Shown: positions 32,055-42,018 of the stretch, piece by piece
How positions within the stretch are numbered: position 1 is the stretch's first letter
Layout of the letters: each line of letters begins with the position of its first letter
Assembly (NCBI GenBank): GCA_965140585.1
Contig: OZ223269.1
Location: forward strand, 640,001-704,000
Origin: Spirochaetia bacterium
GTDB taxonomy: Bacteria > Spirochaetota > Spirochaetia > UBA9216
Length of the DNA: 64,000 bases
Direction of reading: 5' to 3'
The notes under the pieces: generated by a model
What the model saw: the letters and a program-made list of their open reading frames with translations, nothing else
Database searches by the model: none
Told to the model about the DNA's origin: nothing
Program-made: the position numbers and the translations under genes

Positions 32055-33644
32055 CTACATATTTTCTGTGATTTTTTTTAAATATTCGCTGAACCACCGG
32101 CTGGAAACAAGGAATCTTTTAAGAAAACTTTTTTCTAAGACCGGTGAGTTTCTGTAATCAGGAAAATAGTAATAGCAGTAATCTATTTCCTTCAATAACC
32201 TGATTAACTCATCCTCTCTTTTATTTTCACCATTTATATATTCAACCACTTCTCTGGAAGCACTATCGAGTTTCTCCCTTTCGTTATTTAGAAAAGTCTT
32301 TATAGCTGCAGCATTATAATCTGAGTTTATATGTTTTTCATCTTCAATGTTTATTTTTTTTGAATTTCCAGTTTCCGGTAATTCACTTAACACAGCCTGT
32401 CTTGAGCATACAGCAAGACCATAGATACCTGTATCATTGAGCCGTTTATCTATTTTTTCAAGTTCAGTAATTCTTTCAGAATATGATTTCATGATGGGAT
32501 CTGTAAAAACTATACGTCCCGATTTATCTTTGCACTTATGACGGTTGGGAGCAAGAACAGCATCAAAATAATGAGGCGGAGCAAGCCGCTGCCAGTTCAG
32601 TAAGGATCGTTTATGAGTAGGTGAACCGTTTGAATGATATTTATCAGGAGTAAAAGAAAAATCGAGACCTGTAAAAAATACCTCTGAAGTGCTTATTTTT
32701 AAGGCCAGGTAGAGAGCTGCAATACCAACAGACCCCAAAGGCGGGATAAGAGGCGGACATAAGCGGTATGCCTTAAGTGTATTTATCAAACTGGTATCTG
32801 TATAGTCTGAAAGAATAAAATATTTTTTTCCACAGTGCTTTCTTATTACTTCAGGAGATGATGTTAAATCAAAAACAGCAGGAATGTTGAAAGCCTCATT
32901 GTAGTAGAAGTCTGAGAGATTAGCGTGCTGAGCTTCAAGGACAATGCATAAGTCAGGAGTTATCCTGTTTGATAATAAAGGTCCAATGGCGGTGTCTACA
33001 GCAATTAAAAAAAAGCTGTCCCTGCTGTTTTTAATTATTTCAATTGATTTTTCTAAGGATTCTCCGGCTGCAGCGACTAATACATTTTTGTTCGTTGTAA
33101 TACTGCTGATATCCCGGGAATCAGGAAGGAATGGAAGATTAAGAAAAATATTCCTGCTCCAGAGGCGTCCCATGTGTATCATGGTGAGTCTGTTCTTCCA
33201 TAAGCGCTGAATATAGCTGTTCATTTCTTTTATGAGATTTTTGTAATAGTTTCTCTCAAAAAAATAAGCAGAATTAAAATAGACAGGGCATATCCTGCGA
33301 AAAGAGCCGGCATTTAAATAATTAATAATTTCTTTCGGTAGAGGGCTGTTATCAGTATAGAAGTAGGGTAGAGACACTGTTTCCTGCTTTGCAAAGTTAA
33401 GTGAAAAATTATAAAATTCGGAATTATTTTCAATCAGCAGAATGTTGTCACTGGAGCCTGTGAAACTTTGCAGTTCGTTAATACCTTTGAATAAAAGCGG
33501 TGAGATTACAAGAAAAAGAGTATCAGGAGCAGTCTGCAGGGAATTAATAATTAAATTTATATCATCTTTATACAACAGCCGGTTCTGATAGCTGACATTC
33601 TGTATGCCATTACTTTCTGTCAGAACCGGTTTATTGTCGGACAT
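32055..33644 (-). CDS. Motility-associated factor (Maf/DUF115) glycosyltransferase-like protein
   Basis: AAGESLE, LIAVDTA, I.PDL, GSVG, F.GLDFSF....H..G motifs. Confidence 0.72.
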   Translation of the reverse strand: MSDNKPVLTESNGIQNVSYQNRLLYKDDINLIINSLQTAPDTLFLVISPLLFKGINELQSFTGSSDNILLIENNSEFYNFSLNFAKQETVSLPYFYTDNSPLPKEIINYLNAGSFRRICPVYFNSAYFFERNYYKNLIKEMNSYIQRLWKNRLTMIHMGRLWSRNIFLNLPFLPDSRDISSITTNKNVLVAAAGESLEKSIEIIKNSRDSFFLIAVDTAIGPLLSNRITPDLCIVLEAQHANLSDFYYNEAFNIPAVFDLTSSPEVIRKHCGKKYFILSDYTDTSLINTLKAYRLCPPLIPPLGSVGIAALYLALKISTSEVFFTGLDFSFTPDKYHSNGSPTHKRSLLNWQRLAPPHYFDAVLAPNRHKCKDKSGRIVFTDPIMKSYSERITELEKIDKRLNDTGIYGLAVCSRQAVLSELPETGNSKKINIEDEKHINSDYNAAAIKTFLNNEREKLDSASREVVEYINGENKREDELIRLLKEIDYCYYYFPDYRNSPVLEKSFLKRFLVSSRWFSEYLKKITENM

Positions 33645-33646
33645 TA

Positions 33647-35200
33647 TCAGTTAGAGACGAATATTCTTGTAAAGACCTCTGTGAAGTTATCTTCAAATTT
33701 ATCAGAAGCAAATACGATATCTCGTTCTCTTTCACTCTGCCAAGTCTGAGCACTGTATGCAACCATTGATGGAATTGACTCGAGTTCATTATTTTCAACT
33801 TCTTTAATATCTTTAAGCTGCATTACAATAATCTGGTTGTTAAGAATAAGCGGTTCTGATACGTCATCATTCTCAAGCTTATTTATACTTTTAAGAAAGT
33901 ATTCATTGAAAGATGCATTTGACAGAAAAGTGTTTCCATCAGTATCTGCAAGCTGAGTATATACTGGTATGTTCTGACCGTAATAAGAAACAGAAGGATT
34001 ACCATATACGAGCGGTGCATAATTAGTCTCATGAACTGCTGTATTTTTAAGAATACCTGCATTTTCAAATCCCGAAGTTGAAGCAATATCAATGAACTCC
34101 TGGGCAAGGTCTGTGAAATAATCCTCGATAATACCTTTTTCGAACTGAGACATATATGTTTTAACTTTTTCAAGTGAAGATTCATTTGAGGTATCAAGAT
34201 TCTCAATTTCAGATGTTACCTGATAAATAACCCATGTTGTCTCGTTTTCAACAATATCACTGATTCCATTCATCGGAAGGCTGAAAATCGCATCAACAGC
34301 ATCAGCGTCAGAGATTAGGTTTTTAAGTTCGTAGTAGTATGTTTCGCCGATTTCTCCGCCCTTGTCGGCATAAGGATCCGATGATTGAGTCTTTGCAAGT
34401 TCAGAAAACATTTCAGGGTTTGCATTAAGTTTTTCAAGCACCTGCTCTGCATCTTTACGGTCTGTGTTAATTGTGATTTTGCTTAATGTTGCATTCTCAA
34501 AAAGATTTGAGTTGGACTCTGCATACTCGGCTGCTTTTTCAAGCGGAAAGTCGGAAAAATTATAAACTACATAATTGAAACTCTTCGATGATGCCGCAAT
34601 ATCTTTCAGGAAGTCAGCCTCAGCTTCACTGCCGTTTATGGAGTAAATATCTGTAAGATACTCATTGAAGATCAATTCTTCTTTAAGCCTGCTTCGGACA
34701 TTCTTTTTTTCGATATTTGAAGACTGGGAATAAAGATTCTCGCTGAATTCACCGTTTTCCATAAAAGGACCGTAAGACACAATAGCTTTGTCTACGGCAT
34801 TTCCTGAAACGTTGAGGCCGCTGTTCTGTGCATCAACAATCATGGCAGTTCTTATAACTGTATTGTCGAACGCTGTTCGCCATACCTGATACTGAATGAA
34901 TTGTGAATTTGCATCTGTTATTGCATCGCTGTAATTATCTGCAATGCTTGCAATCTGATCTGCAAAGTAGGAGCCATCGTAATAGATTATTGCCTGTCCG
35001 TCATATGAACCGAAAACTGCAGTGTTGCCTGAGCTTATTTTACCTGCTATAGGTGCACCTACAAATGCAACTATAATAACAACAAGTGTAAGCAGGCTGA
35101 CAATCCACATTACAGGGTGGTTTGTCTTTTTTTTCTCTGCCATATCAATTTTTTCACTGGATAAATGACGTGATCTGCGTTTCTGTTCTCTGGAAGCCAT
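33647..35200 (-). CDS. SurA N-terminal/parvulin-type periplasmic chaperone (PpiD-like)
   Basis: One TM, FGSYDG..I, F.ELAK.QS.D....KGGEIG rotamase motif; start 35200 inferred (ORF track 35296). Confidence 0.75.
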   Translation of the reverse strand: MASREQKRRSRHLSSEKIDMAEKKKTNHPVMWIVSLLTLVVIIVAFVGAPIAGKISSGNTAVFGSYDGQAIIYYDGSYFADQIASIADNYSDAITDANSQFIQYQVWRTAFDNTVIRTAMIVDAQNSGLNVSGNAVDKAIVSYGPFMENGEFSENLYSQSSNIEKKNVRSRLKEELIFNEYLTDIYSINGSEAEADFLKDIAASSKSFNYVVYNFSDFPLEKAAEYAESNSNLFENATLSKITINTDRKDAEQVLEKLNANPEMFSELAKTQSSDPYADKGGEIGETYYYELKNLISDADAVDAIFSLPMNGISDIVENETTWVIYQVTSEIENLDTSNESSLEKVKTYMSQFEKGIIEDYFTDLAQEFIDIASTSGFENAGILKNTAVHETNYAPLVYGNPSVSYYGQNIPVYTQLADTDGNTFLSNASFNEYFLKSINKLENDDVSEPLILNNQIIVMQLKDIKEVENNELESIPSMVAYSAQTWQSERERDIVFASDKFEDNFTEVFTRIFVSN

Positions 35201-35368
35201 AAATAAAGTATTCCTTAAATTTGAAGTAAAAATATTCAGAAAACAATAGCATGAGCGTTGCAATGTGTCAATCATAATGAGTTTTCGTAAAAGCATGTGA
35301 TATAGTAAAATATTTCAATTCTTAATTGATAATTACATGTCTGTTGATTAAATTTAAAGCATAATATT

Positions 35369-36550
35369 ATGCAGGAATACAAAAAATTCAGAATAGAAAC
35401 AAAGAGAGACGAAATACTTAAATCAGGTTTTTTGATATCACTGATTGGAGTCCCTCTTGTTCTTATATTCACCTTGCTGGACAGGAGCGCCGTAAATCTT
35501 GGAAATGTACTGCACTGGCGACTTGTAGGAATGTTTCCGATGCTGCTTTTTGTGATAATGAAAAGTTTATGGAGCCGTTATTTAGAGAGGCTTAATCCTT
35601 TAATCGTTCAATGGTTCGGTTTTATTATAATTTTTGCTCTATCATGTATGATGTCGGCAATTTTCATGGAAGTAATAAGTAATTCAGCTTCGTATACAGC
35701 TGTTGGCTTGGCAGGCACAACCTCAGGGAGCATACTAGTTATATTCGGATGCGGATTATTTAACGGAGTTGGATTTAAAAAAGCTGTCACAGCTGCAGGG
35801 GTGCCTTATATCATAATGGTTATTCTTCTGGTTATTGAGAACCGGCTGTCATCTGAAGAACGGGTATTAACCGCAAATATTATCTCGGCCTTGATTCTGT
35901 ACTGTGTAATGGTTTGGAGGAGGGAGAAAACAGATGATGAAAGGCTTTATAACCTTTTTATGCTTGACCATGAACATTCAATGCTTGAATCTGCAGTTAA
36001 AGAAAGAACCTTAGAACTCGAAATCCTGTTGTCTGAACTGCATCATAATGTTCGGAACAATCTGCAGACAATACTGAGTATAGTCTGTATATACGAACAT
36101 AGTTATCATTTTAATGATATTCATACAAGAATTGATATTATAAAGAAAGCTGTACAGATACTGTCTTTATCGCATAGTCTTTCCCATTTCAGTAAAACGT
36201 CAGAAAAAGTATCTCTGAAAAAATTTATTAATGGTCTGCTTAGTGAAATCTTTGATGAAAGAGATGTTATTGTAAATAAAGAAATAGCAGAATATGAAAT
36301 TAAAGTAGAGAATGCAGTTAAACTTGGACTTATTTTACTTCATATCCTGTCGCAGACCGAAAAAGAGTGTTCAGTCAAAATAGCAGCCTCTGACAATATA
36401 CTTGAAATCAGTATAACCTCTGATGGGAAATCTCCTGAATATAAGGGTGAGAATAAAGCCGGCGATCCTTTATTTGATATTATTAAAGCTGATGCAGTCG
36501 AATGGTCAGAAAATGAACTGAATTATACAAGATTGACTGTTATTGAATAA
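35369..36550 (+). CDS. Membrane protein with HisKA_2-like H-box and degenerate ATPase domain
   Basis: ~6 TMs; ELHHNVRNNLQ.I.S; no recognisable N/G boxes. Confidence 0.65.
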   Translation: MQEYKKFRIETKRDEILKSGFLISLIGVPLVLIFTLLDRSAVNLGNVLHWRLVGMFPMLLFVIMKSLWSRYLERLNPLIVQWFGFIIIFALSCMMSAIFMEVISNSASYTAVGLAGTTSGSILVIFGCGLFNGVGFKKAVTAAGVPYIIMVILLVIENRLSSEERVLTANIISALILYCVMVWRREKTDDERLYNLFMLDHEHSMLESAVKERTLELEILLSELHHNVRNNLQTILSIVCIYEHSYHFNDIHTRIDIIKKAVQILSLSHSLSHFSKTSEKVSLKKFINGLLSEIFDERDVIVNKEIAEYEIKVENAVKLGLILLHILSQTEKECSVKIAASDNILEISITSDGKSPEYKGENKAGDPLFDIIKADAVEWSENELNYTRLTVIE

Positions 36551-36561
36551 TTGAAGGGATA

Positions 36562-36633
36562 TCGGGCTGAGAGGATTTGAACCTCCGACCTCGCCGTCCC
36601 GAACGGCGCGCGCTCCCCCTGCGCTACAGCCCG
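36562..36633 (-). tRNA. tRNA-Pro(CGG)
   Basis: Acceptor CGGGCTG/CAGCCCG, anticodon arm CGCCG-TTCGGGA-CGGCG, T-loop TTCAAAT. Confidence 0.92.
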
Positions 36634-36634
36634 T

Positions 36635-36668
36635 AAATAAAAAGCCCTTAAAGAAATCTTTAAGGGCT
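36635..36668 (-). terminator. Terminator-like hairpin between tRNA-Asp and tRNA-Pro
   Basis: AGCCCTTAAAG-ATTT-CTTTAAGGGCT then TTTTATTT on the minus strand. Confidence 0.6.
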
Positions 36669-36673
36669 ACTTT

Positions 36674-36747
36674 CGGGAGCGACGGGGCTTGAACCCGCGA
36701 TCTCCGGCTTGACAGGCCGGCGCGATAACCAGCTTCGCCACGCCCCC
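36674..36747 (-). tRNA. tRNA-Asp(GTC)
   Basis: Acceptor GGGGGCG/CGCTCCC, anticodon arm CCGGC-CTGTCAA-GCCGG, T-loop TTCAAGC. Confidence 0.95.
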
Positions 36748-36760
36748 AGAAGGTAGATGT

Positions 36761-36789
36761 AATATAGCGAACTGAAGAAAAACTGTCAA
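36761..36789 (-). promoter_or_regulatory. Sigma70 promoter of tRNA-Asp/Pro
   Basis: TTGACA-17-TATATT. Confidence 0.75.
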
Positions 36790-36864
36790 TAAGTTATAAA
36801 AATCTTTTTTATGATTTTAATAGTTTTTCAGTTTAAAAGAGGTGAGGCCGAATATCTAAATACG

Positions 36865-37662
36865 ATGAGAAGAGTACCGTTTATAGCAGCAGCGTTAATA
36901 ATCACAGTGTCAGGCAGTATTTATGCCGACTCGGAATACCTGATTCAGAAGGGCGATACCTTATACAGTTTAAGCCGTAAATATGATGTTTCTGTAGAGC
37001 AGCTTATGGAATACAACCACATAGAGAATGCTTCGAGAATATATCCCGGCATTAAAATTCTTATTCCATCCGGCTATACAGTTAAGAAGGGTGACACTTT
37101 TTATGGTATTGCCAGACAGCACAATATCAGCCTTGAGGAACTGCTGGGCAGCAATAATATGAAGATTTCGGATGTTCTTTATCCCGGACAAGTCCTGGTT
37201 CTTCCTTCCGGCAGAAGTAGTGTAGAGAAGCCTGTTGTAATCGCTCAGAAGCCTGAGAACGGGGGTTCTGAAGGTTCTTCAGTTGAAACTGCAGATGAAC
37301 CTGAAAAAACTGAAATAAACGTTATATGGCCACATACTGGGGTCAGAGCGCCTCTGGACGGAAAACTGAAAGGTATTCAAATTTCTGGAAATCCGGGGGA
37401 CAGTATTACTGCTGTTTCCAGCGGTACTGTGGTCTGGGCGGACGATTACGGAATGTATAAATTTCTTATTCTTGTTGAGTCTGATAACGGTCTCGTCTAT
37501 GGTTACGGCGGAAATGAGAAAAGTAGTGTGAAAGTAGGCGACAGGATTGTTTCCGGAAGCTCTATCGGAATACTGGGCGGTGCGGACGGAAAAGCTGATG
37601 CCTATTTTTTTGTATATAAAAACGGAAAGCCTGTCGATCCTTCAACAGCACCGCGTGTCTGA
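36865..37662 (+). CDS. LysM x2 + degenerate M23 (NlpD-like) protein
   Basis: Two LysM (Y.IQKGDTLYSLSRKY; YTVKKGDTFYGIARQH); M23 fold lacking HxxxD/HxH; ORF track 36811. Confidence 0.85.
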   Translation: MRRVPFIAAALIITVSGSIYADSEYLIQKGDTLYSLSRKYDVSVEQLMEYNHIENASRIYPGIKILIPSGYTVKKGDTFYGIARQHNISLEELLGSNNMKISDVLYPGQVLVLPSGRSSVEKPVVIAQKPENGGSEGSSVETADEPEKTEINVIWPHTGVRAPLDGKLKGIQISGNPGDSITAVSSGTVVWADDYGMYKFLILVESDNGLVYGYGGNEKSSVKVGDRIVSGSSIGILGGADGKADAYFFVYKNGKPVDPSTAPRV

Positions 37663-37663
37663 A

Positions 37664-37701
37664 TAAAAAAAGGCTGTCCGGATATTACTCACGGACAGCC
37701 T
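37664..37701 (-). terminator. Terminator of the decarboxylase operon
   Basis: aggctgtccg...cggacagcct with an A-tract on the plus side. Confidence 0.75.
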
Positions 37702-37721
37702 GAATTGAAATCAGTTTAAAA

Positions 37722-38891
37722 CTAATTAAGCGACAACAGAACACCCGCAGCAATTGCAGAGCCTATAACTCCGGCTACGTTTGGTCCCATTGCGTTCATC
37801 AGCAGAAAGTTGCCCGGGTCTTCTTTCTGACCGACCTTCTGTACTACTCGTGCAGCCATAGGTACGGCAGATACTCCTGCAGCTCCAATCATCGGATTGA
37901 TCTTTCCGCCGCTTATCTTGCTCATCAGCTTTCCAAGCATTACTCCGCCGCCGGTTCCTACTCCGAATGCTATACATCCAAGCACAATAATGAAGATTGT
38001 CTCAAATGTAAGGAAGTGGTCGGCTGACATCTTCGAACCTACTGATATTCCAAGGAATATGGTAACTATGTTTATAAGCTCGTTCTGGGCTGTCTTTGAA
38101 AGCCTGTCTACAACTCCGCACTCCTTGAACAGGTTTCCAAGCATTAGCATTCCGATTAGAGGTGCTGATGCCGGAATAAGCAGGGCTGTAACTATTGTTG
38201 TGATTATCGGGAAAAGAATCTTTGTCCGCTTTGATACGGGTTTCGGATCTTCCATCCTGATAAGTCTTTCCTTCTTGGTTGTGAGAGCCTTGATAATAGG
38301 CGGCTGTATAATCGGTACAAGCGCCATATACGTATAGGCTGCTACTGCAATAGGTCCAAGCAGATGCGGTGCAAGCTTCGATGTAAGATATATCGCTGTA
38401 GGACCGTCAGCTCCTCCGATTATTGCGATGGAAGAGGCCTCTGCGAAGTTGAAGCCCAGATCATGCGCCGCAAGAAAGGGTATTGCTCCAAGCGCCTTTG
38501 CTCCAAGCAGGGTTATAAATATACCAAGCTGTGCAGCGGCTCCAAGAAGAAAGGTCTGCGGTTTGCCCAGTAGCGGTCCAAAGTCCGTCATCGCACCAAT
38601 TCCCATGAAGATAATCGGCGGGAACAGTCCAAGCTGAACACCCTGGTAAAAATAGTATATAAGTCCGCCGGCCTGGTCTCCGATTGGGCCTTCCAGAAGC
38701 CCTGTAAGCGGAAGGTTTACCAGTATTGCTCCAAACCCTATCGGGATAAGCAGCAGCGGCTCATAACCCTTTGCTATTGCAAGGTAAACAAGCAGACAGC
38801 CGATTGCAATCATCACAATGTTCTGCCAGGTGATTGCTGTGAAGGCGGTGCTGCTTAGAAATCTCAATATTAGATCTACGAAATTCACCAA
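37722..38891 (-). CDS. mmdB: Na+-translocating decarboxylase beta (pump) subunit
   Basis: [54 protein letters not shown]. Confidence 0.9.
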   Translation of the reverse strand: MVNFVDLILRFLSSTAFTAITWQNIVMIAIGCLLVYLAIAKGYEPLLLIPIGFGAILVNLPLTGLLEGPIGDQAGGLIYYFYQGVQLGLFPPIIFMGIGAMTDFGPLLGKPQTFLLGAAAQLGIFITLLGAKALGAIPFLAAHDLGFNFAEASSIAIIGGADGPTAIYLTSKLAPHLLGPIAVAAYTYMALVPIIQPPIIKALTTKKERLIRMEDPKPVSKRTKILFPIITTIVTALLIPASAPLIGMLMLGNLFKECGVVDRLSKTAQNELINIVTIFLGISVGSKMSADHFLTFETIFIIVLGCIAFGVGTGGGVMLGKLMSKISGGKINPMIGAAGVSAVPMAARVVQKVGQKEDPGNFLLMNAMGPNVAGVIGSAIAAGVLLSLN

Positions 38892-38900
38892 ATCCCTCCG

Positions 38901-39386
38901 TTAGCCGATGTCTACAAGCGGCTGTCCTTCGGTTACGTTTGTACCCGGAGTTACATGGATGGCTGCTACTGTACCGGCATTGCTTGCAAATACTTCAATG
39001 TCCATCTTCATTGCTTCCATTATCAGAAGAAGATCACCCTTGGCTACACTTGCACCCTGGGCTACCTTGATTTCCTTGATTGTTCCTGTGATTGCAGCCT
39101 TCTCTGTTCCGGCTCCGGCTGCTACAGGTGCGGCTGCAGGGGCTGCTGCGGGTGCGGGGGCTGAAGCTGCAGGTGCCGGTGCAGCAGGTGCAGCAGGTGC
39201 AGCAGGTGCTGCCGGTGCAGCAGGCGCGGCAGGCGCTGCAACAGGAGCAGCTGAGGCTCCTGCAGGGGTTGCAAGGCTTACAAGGTAACTATCGCCTTCA
39301 TGCTCAATTGTAAGGACATTTCCGTTTCTTGTTACGTTTATATCGTAAAGTGTTCCTTCATATTCAAACTTAATATTCTTGCTCAT
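38901..39386 (-). CDS. mmdC: Biotin carboxyl carrier subunit with Ala/Pro linker
   Basis: EAMKM biotinylation motif; (PAA)n linker. Confidence 0.9.
   Translation of the reverse strand: MSKNIKFEYEGTLYDINVTRNGNVLTIEHEGDSYLVSLATPAGASAAPVAAPAAPAAPAAPAAPAAPAAPAPAASAPAPAAAPAAAPVAAGAGTEKAAITGTIKEIKVAQGASVAKGDLLLIMEAMKMDIEVFASNAGTVAAIHVTPGTNVTEGQPLVDIG
39166..39240. repeat. Degenerate 9-bp tandem repeat (gcagcaggt) encoding the (PAA)n linker
   Basis: Visible tandem copies inside the biotin carrier gene. Confidence 0.8.
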
Positions 39387-39391
39387 AACTC

Positions 39392-39778
39392 TTATACTCC
39401 TGGTGCTTTTCTTGTAATTTTATTGTTAGCGACCCACGGGTCATACTTTGCTGCTCCCGCTGAGCTCCATCCTGAAGCCTTCGGGGCATTCTGCTCATCT
39501 TCCTCTGCTGCCAGAAACGCTGATACCGCAGCCGAAAGCCATTTGGCGTTGTCGGCCATTGTTGCTGTAGCTGCTGCAACTATTACAGGCAGGGGCAGAC
39601 CTCCGCTCTTCTTTGCTGAAGAAGCCCTGGCAGATTTCGGCGCTTCGCTTTTGGCTGTATCACCGTCTGCGAATTTCCTTATCAGAACCATCAGCAGACT
39701 CAGAAGGACTAACAGCGTAAATACTATCAGTATTCCAAGTATCGATGTCATAACACTGTAAATAAATTCTTCCTGCAT
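39392..39778 (-). CDS. mmdD: OadG/MmdD-family small membrane subunit
   Basis: N-terminal TM G..IVF.LL.LL, Ala-rich AAV.A motif; position in operon. Confidence 0.75.
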   Translation of the reverse strand: MQEEFIYSVMTSILGILIVFTLLVLLSLLMVLIRKFADGDTAKSEAPKSARASSAKKSGGLPLPVIVAAATATMADNAKWLSAAVSAFLAAEEDEQNAPKASGWSSAGAAKYDPWVANNKITRKAPGV

Positions 39779-39793
39779 AAAACTCTCCGCCTC

Positions 39794-41344
39794 CTACAGT
39801 GGTATATTGCCGTGTTTCTTGGCTGGTCTGTCTTCACGCTTTTTAATGTTGATCTCAAGCGCTCTGATGAGTTCTGCACGGGTGTATTCGGGGTCGATTA
39901 TATCGTCTACAAGACCAAGTCCTGCGGCTACGTAGGGGTTCATGAACTCTGTCTGGAACTCTGCTATCTTTTCCTGTCTCTTTGCTTCAGGATCCGATGC
40001 TGAACTGATGTCTTTTCGAAAGATGATGTTTGCTGCACCCTCCGCTCCCATTACTGCTATTTCTGCTGTCGGGTAGGCAAGAACTCTGTCGTATCCTAGT
40101 GACTTGGAGGACATTGCTATCATTGAACCGCCGTAGGATTTTCTCATAATCAGTGAAATCTTGGGCACTGTGGCCTCTGCTATCGCGTAGAGGATCTTTG
40201 CTCCGTGCCTGATGATTCCGCCGTGCTCCTGGGCAACTCCGGGAAGGTAGCCGGGAACGTCAACGAGTGTGATTACCGGAATATTGAAAGCATCGCAGAA
40301 GCGGATGAATCTTGCTCCCTTGTCTGATGAGTTGATATCAAGTGAGGCAGCCATGAACTTCGGCTGGTTGGCAAAGATTCCTACAGTGCGTCCGTTAAGC
40401 TTGGCAAAACCTACTACTACGCTTTTGGCGAAGTCTTCCTGTACTTCAAGAAATGAACCTGCGTCAAAGGCGCTTCCGATAATATCGCGTACATCGTAGG
40501 GCTTTCTGGCCTCTTCGGGGATGATCGACATTATTTCGGGGGTGGTTCTTTCAAGTGAATCTGTACATGCGCTTACAGGCGGCTGCTCTGTGTTGTTTGA
40601 AGGCAGGTAGTCCATAAGCCTTCTGATGAAATCAAAACATTCCTGCTCGGATGAAAAACGGAAGTGGGCGACTCCGCTTTTTGCACAATGAGCTGAGGCT
40701 CCTCCGAGGTCTTCGTGGCTGATTACTTCACCGGTTACTGTCTTGATTACATCCGGACCGGTGATGTACATGTGACTTGAACCGTCTACCATGAATATGA
40801 AGTCGGTTATGGCCGGTGAGTAAACTGCACCTCCGGCACAGGGACCGAGTATTACTGAAAACTGAGGAATTACACCTGATGAGAGTGTGTTGTTCCGAAA
40901 GATTTTGGCGTATCCGTTTAGTGAGAGTATTCCCTCCTGGATTCTTGCTCCGCCTGAATCGTTGACCTGGATAAACGGTGAGCCGTTTTTGAGTGCAAGA
41001 CTTTGGGCCTCTGCAATCTTTTCGGCATGCATTTCTCCAAGTGAACCGCCGAGAACTGTAAAATCCTGAGCTGACAGGAATACCTGCTTGCCGTTCATCT
41101 TACCTGTTCCGGTTACTACTCCGTCGCCGGCAAACTTGTTTTTATCCATTCCGAACTGGCTTGTTCTTGTCTGGATGTATGCCTGGCTTTCAACGAAACT
41201 TCCCTCATCCAGAAGTCCGGTGATCCTTTCTCTGGCGGTAAATTTCCCTTTATCATGCTGGGCTTTGATTCTGGCGTCGCCGCCGCCCTTCTGCATTTTT
41301 GCTCTGAAGTCTTTAAACTCCTGTAACTTTTCTTTGTTACCCAA
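39794..41344 (-). CDS. mmdA: (Methyl)malonyl-CoA decarboxylase alpha / acyl-CoA carboxyltransferase
   Basis: GDGVVTG, QDFTVLGGSLG, DSGGARIQEG, GGAVYSPAITD, KGARFIRFCDAFNIP, KKHGNIPL. Confidence 0.88.
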   Translation of the reverse strand: MGNKEKLQEFKDFRAKMQKGGGDARIKAQHDKGKFTARERITGLLDEGSFVESQAYIQTRTSQFGMDKNKFAGDGVVTGTGKMNGKQVFLSAQDFTVLGGSLGEMHAEKIAEAQSLALKNGSPFIQVNDSGGARIQEGILSLNGYAKIFRNNTLSSGVIPQFSVILGPCAGGAVYSPAITDFIFMVDGSSHMYITGPDVIKTVTGEVISHEDLGGASAHCAKSGVAHFRFSSEQECFDFIRRLMDYLPSNNTEQPPVSACTDSLERTTPEIMSIIPEEARKPYDVRDIIGSAFDAGSFLEVQEDFAKSVVVGFAKLNGRTVGIFANQPKFMAASLDINSSDKGARFIRFCDAFNIPVITLVDVPGYLPGVAQEHGGIIRHGAKILYAIAEATVPKISLIMRKSYGGSMIAMSSKSLGYDRVLAYPTAEIAVMGAEGAANIIFRKDISSASDPEAKRQEKIAEFQTEFMNPYVAAGLGLVDDIIDPEYTRAELIRALEINIKKREDRPAKKHGNIPL

Positions 41345-41574
41345 TTTCTTCTCCTCCCTCTATCTAAGAAGATTGCCATGAATTTTCCGCAAGAAGCGTA
41401 TTACGGAAACTAAATACGGAATTTAATGATGGATACCCTCCGGAAATTGTATCATTGTCTGATATTAAGGATTAAATTCGCTTAAAAGGGTACGAATGTC
41501 AACCCTTGACTTAAATCCATCGTTAAAAAGAACAAATATTCAATGATAACGCAAACATCAGTAATGAAAAAAAT

Positions 41575-42015
41575 CTATAAAAGATGTTTTTTTAACGTTA
41601 CTATCCATTTTGCAGGTGAAGGTATACGGTAAGCAACCCTGTCTAGTTCACCTTTATCATTCTTAAAAGATACCTGAATGACAGTATCGTTCAATGCTTT
41701 ATCGCAAAAAAAATCGGTGGTACCGATATTTTTTATGTCAGAAGCTTTAACAAAGTGTTCTATATTACCAAATCGTGAATGGTAATAGATCCCGTCTTTA
41801 ACCAGAGCTATAGCGCCGGTTTTTCTGTTGGGTTTTTCAACCTTTGATTCCTGCCCGAAAAAAGTAACTCCATAGGAGGCAAGTATAATACTGGATGAAT
41901 CAAATTTTGAAGTAAGAAAACCTGTTTCCCTGTGTCGGATGATAGCCATAATAATAACAATAGCAAATATGATAACACCAAGTGCTACAGGAGACAGGTT
42001 TACAAGATAGTCCAT
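41575..42015 (-). CDS. Hypothetical protein, N-terminal TM
   Basis: 146-aa ORF closely coupled to the upstream gene. Confidence 0.65.
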   Translation of the reverse strand: MDYLVNLSPVALGVIIFAIVIIMAIIRHRETGFLTSKFDSSSIILASYGVTFFGQESKVEKPNRKTGAIALVKDGIYYHSRFGNIEHFVKASDIKNIGTTDFFCDKALNDTVIQVSFKNDKGELDRVAYRIPSPAKWIVTLKKHLL

Positions 42016-42018
42016 TCA

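Noticed and set aside
35369-36633. Possible integrative island at the tRNA-Pro 3' end
   Set aside because: No integrase and no duplicated tRNA 3' end (att site) seen.
36865-37662. M23 domain lacking zinc ligands
   Set aside because: Degenerate LytM domains (NlpD/EnvC-type activators) are well known.
39100-39260. GC-rich 9-bp tandem repeat
   Set aside because: Encodes the well-known Ala/Pro linker of biotin carrier subunits; not a CRISPR array or independent element.
41385-41510. Repeated CGGAA words and a GTCAA-CCC-TTGAC palindrome upstream of mmdA
   Set aside because: Short and irregularly spaced; explained by a 5'-UTR hairpin and a -35 box, too weak to call an operator.
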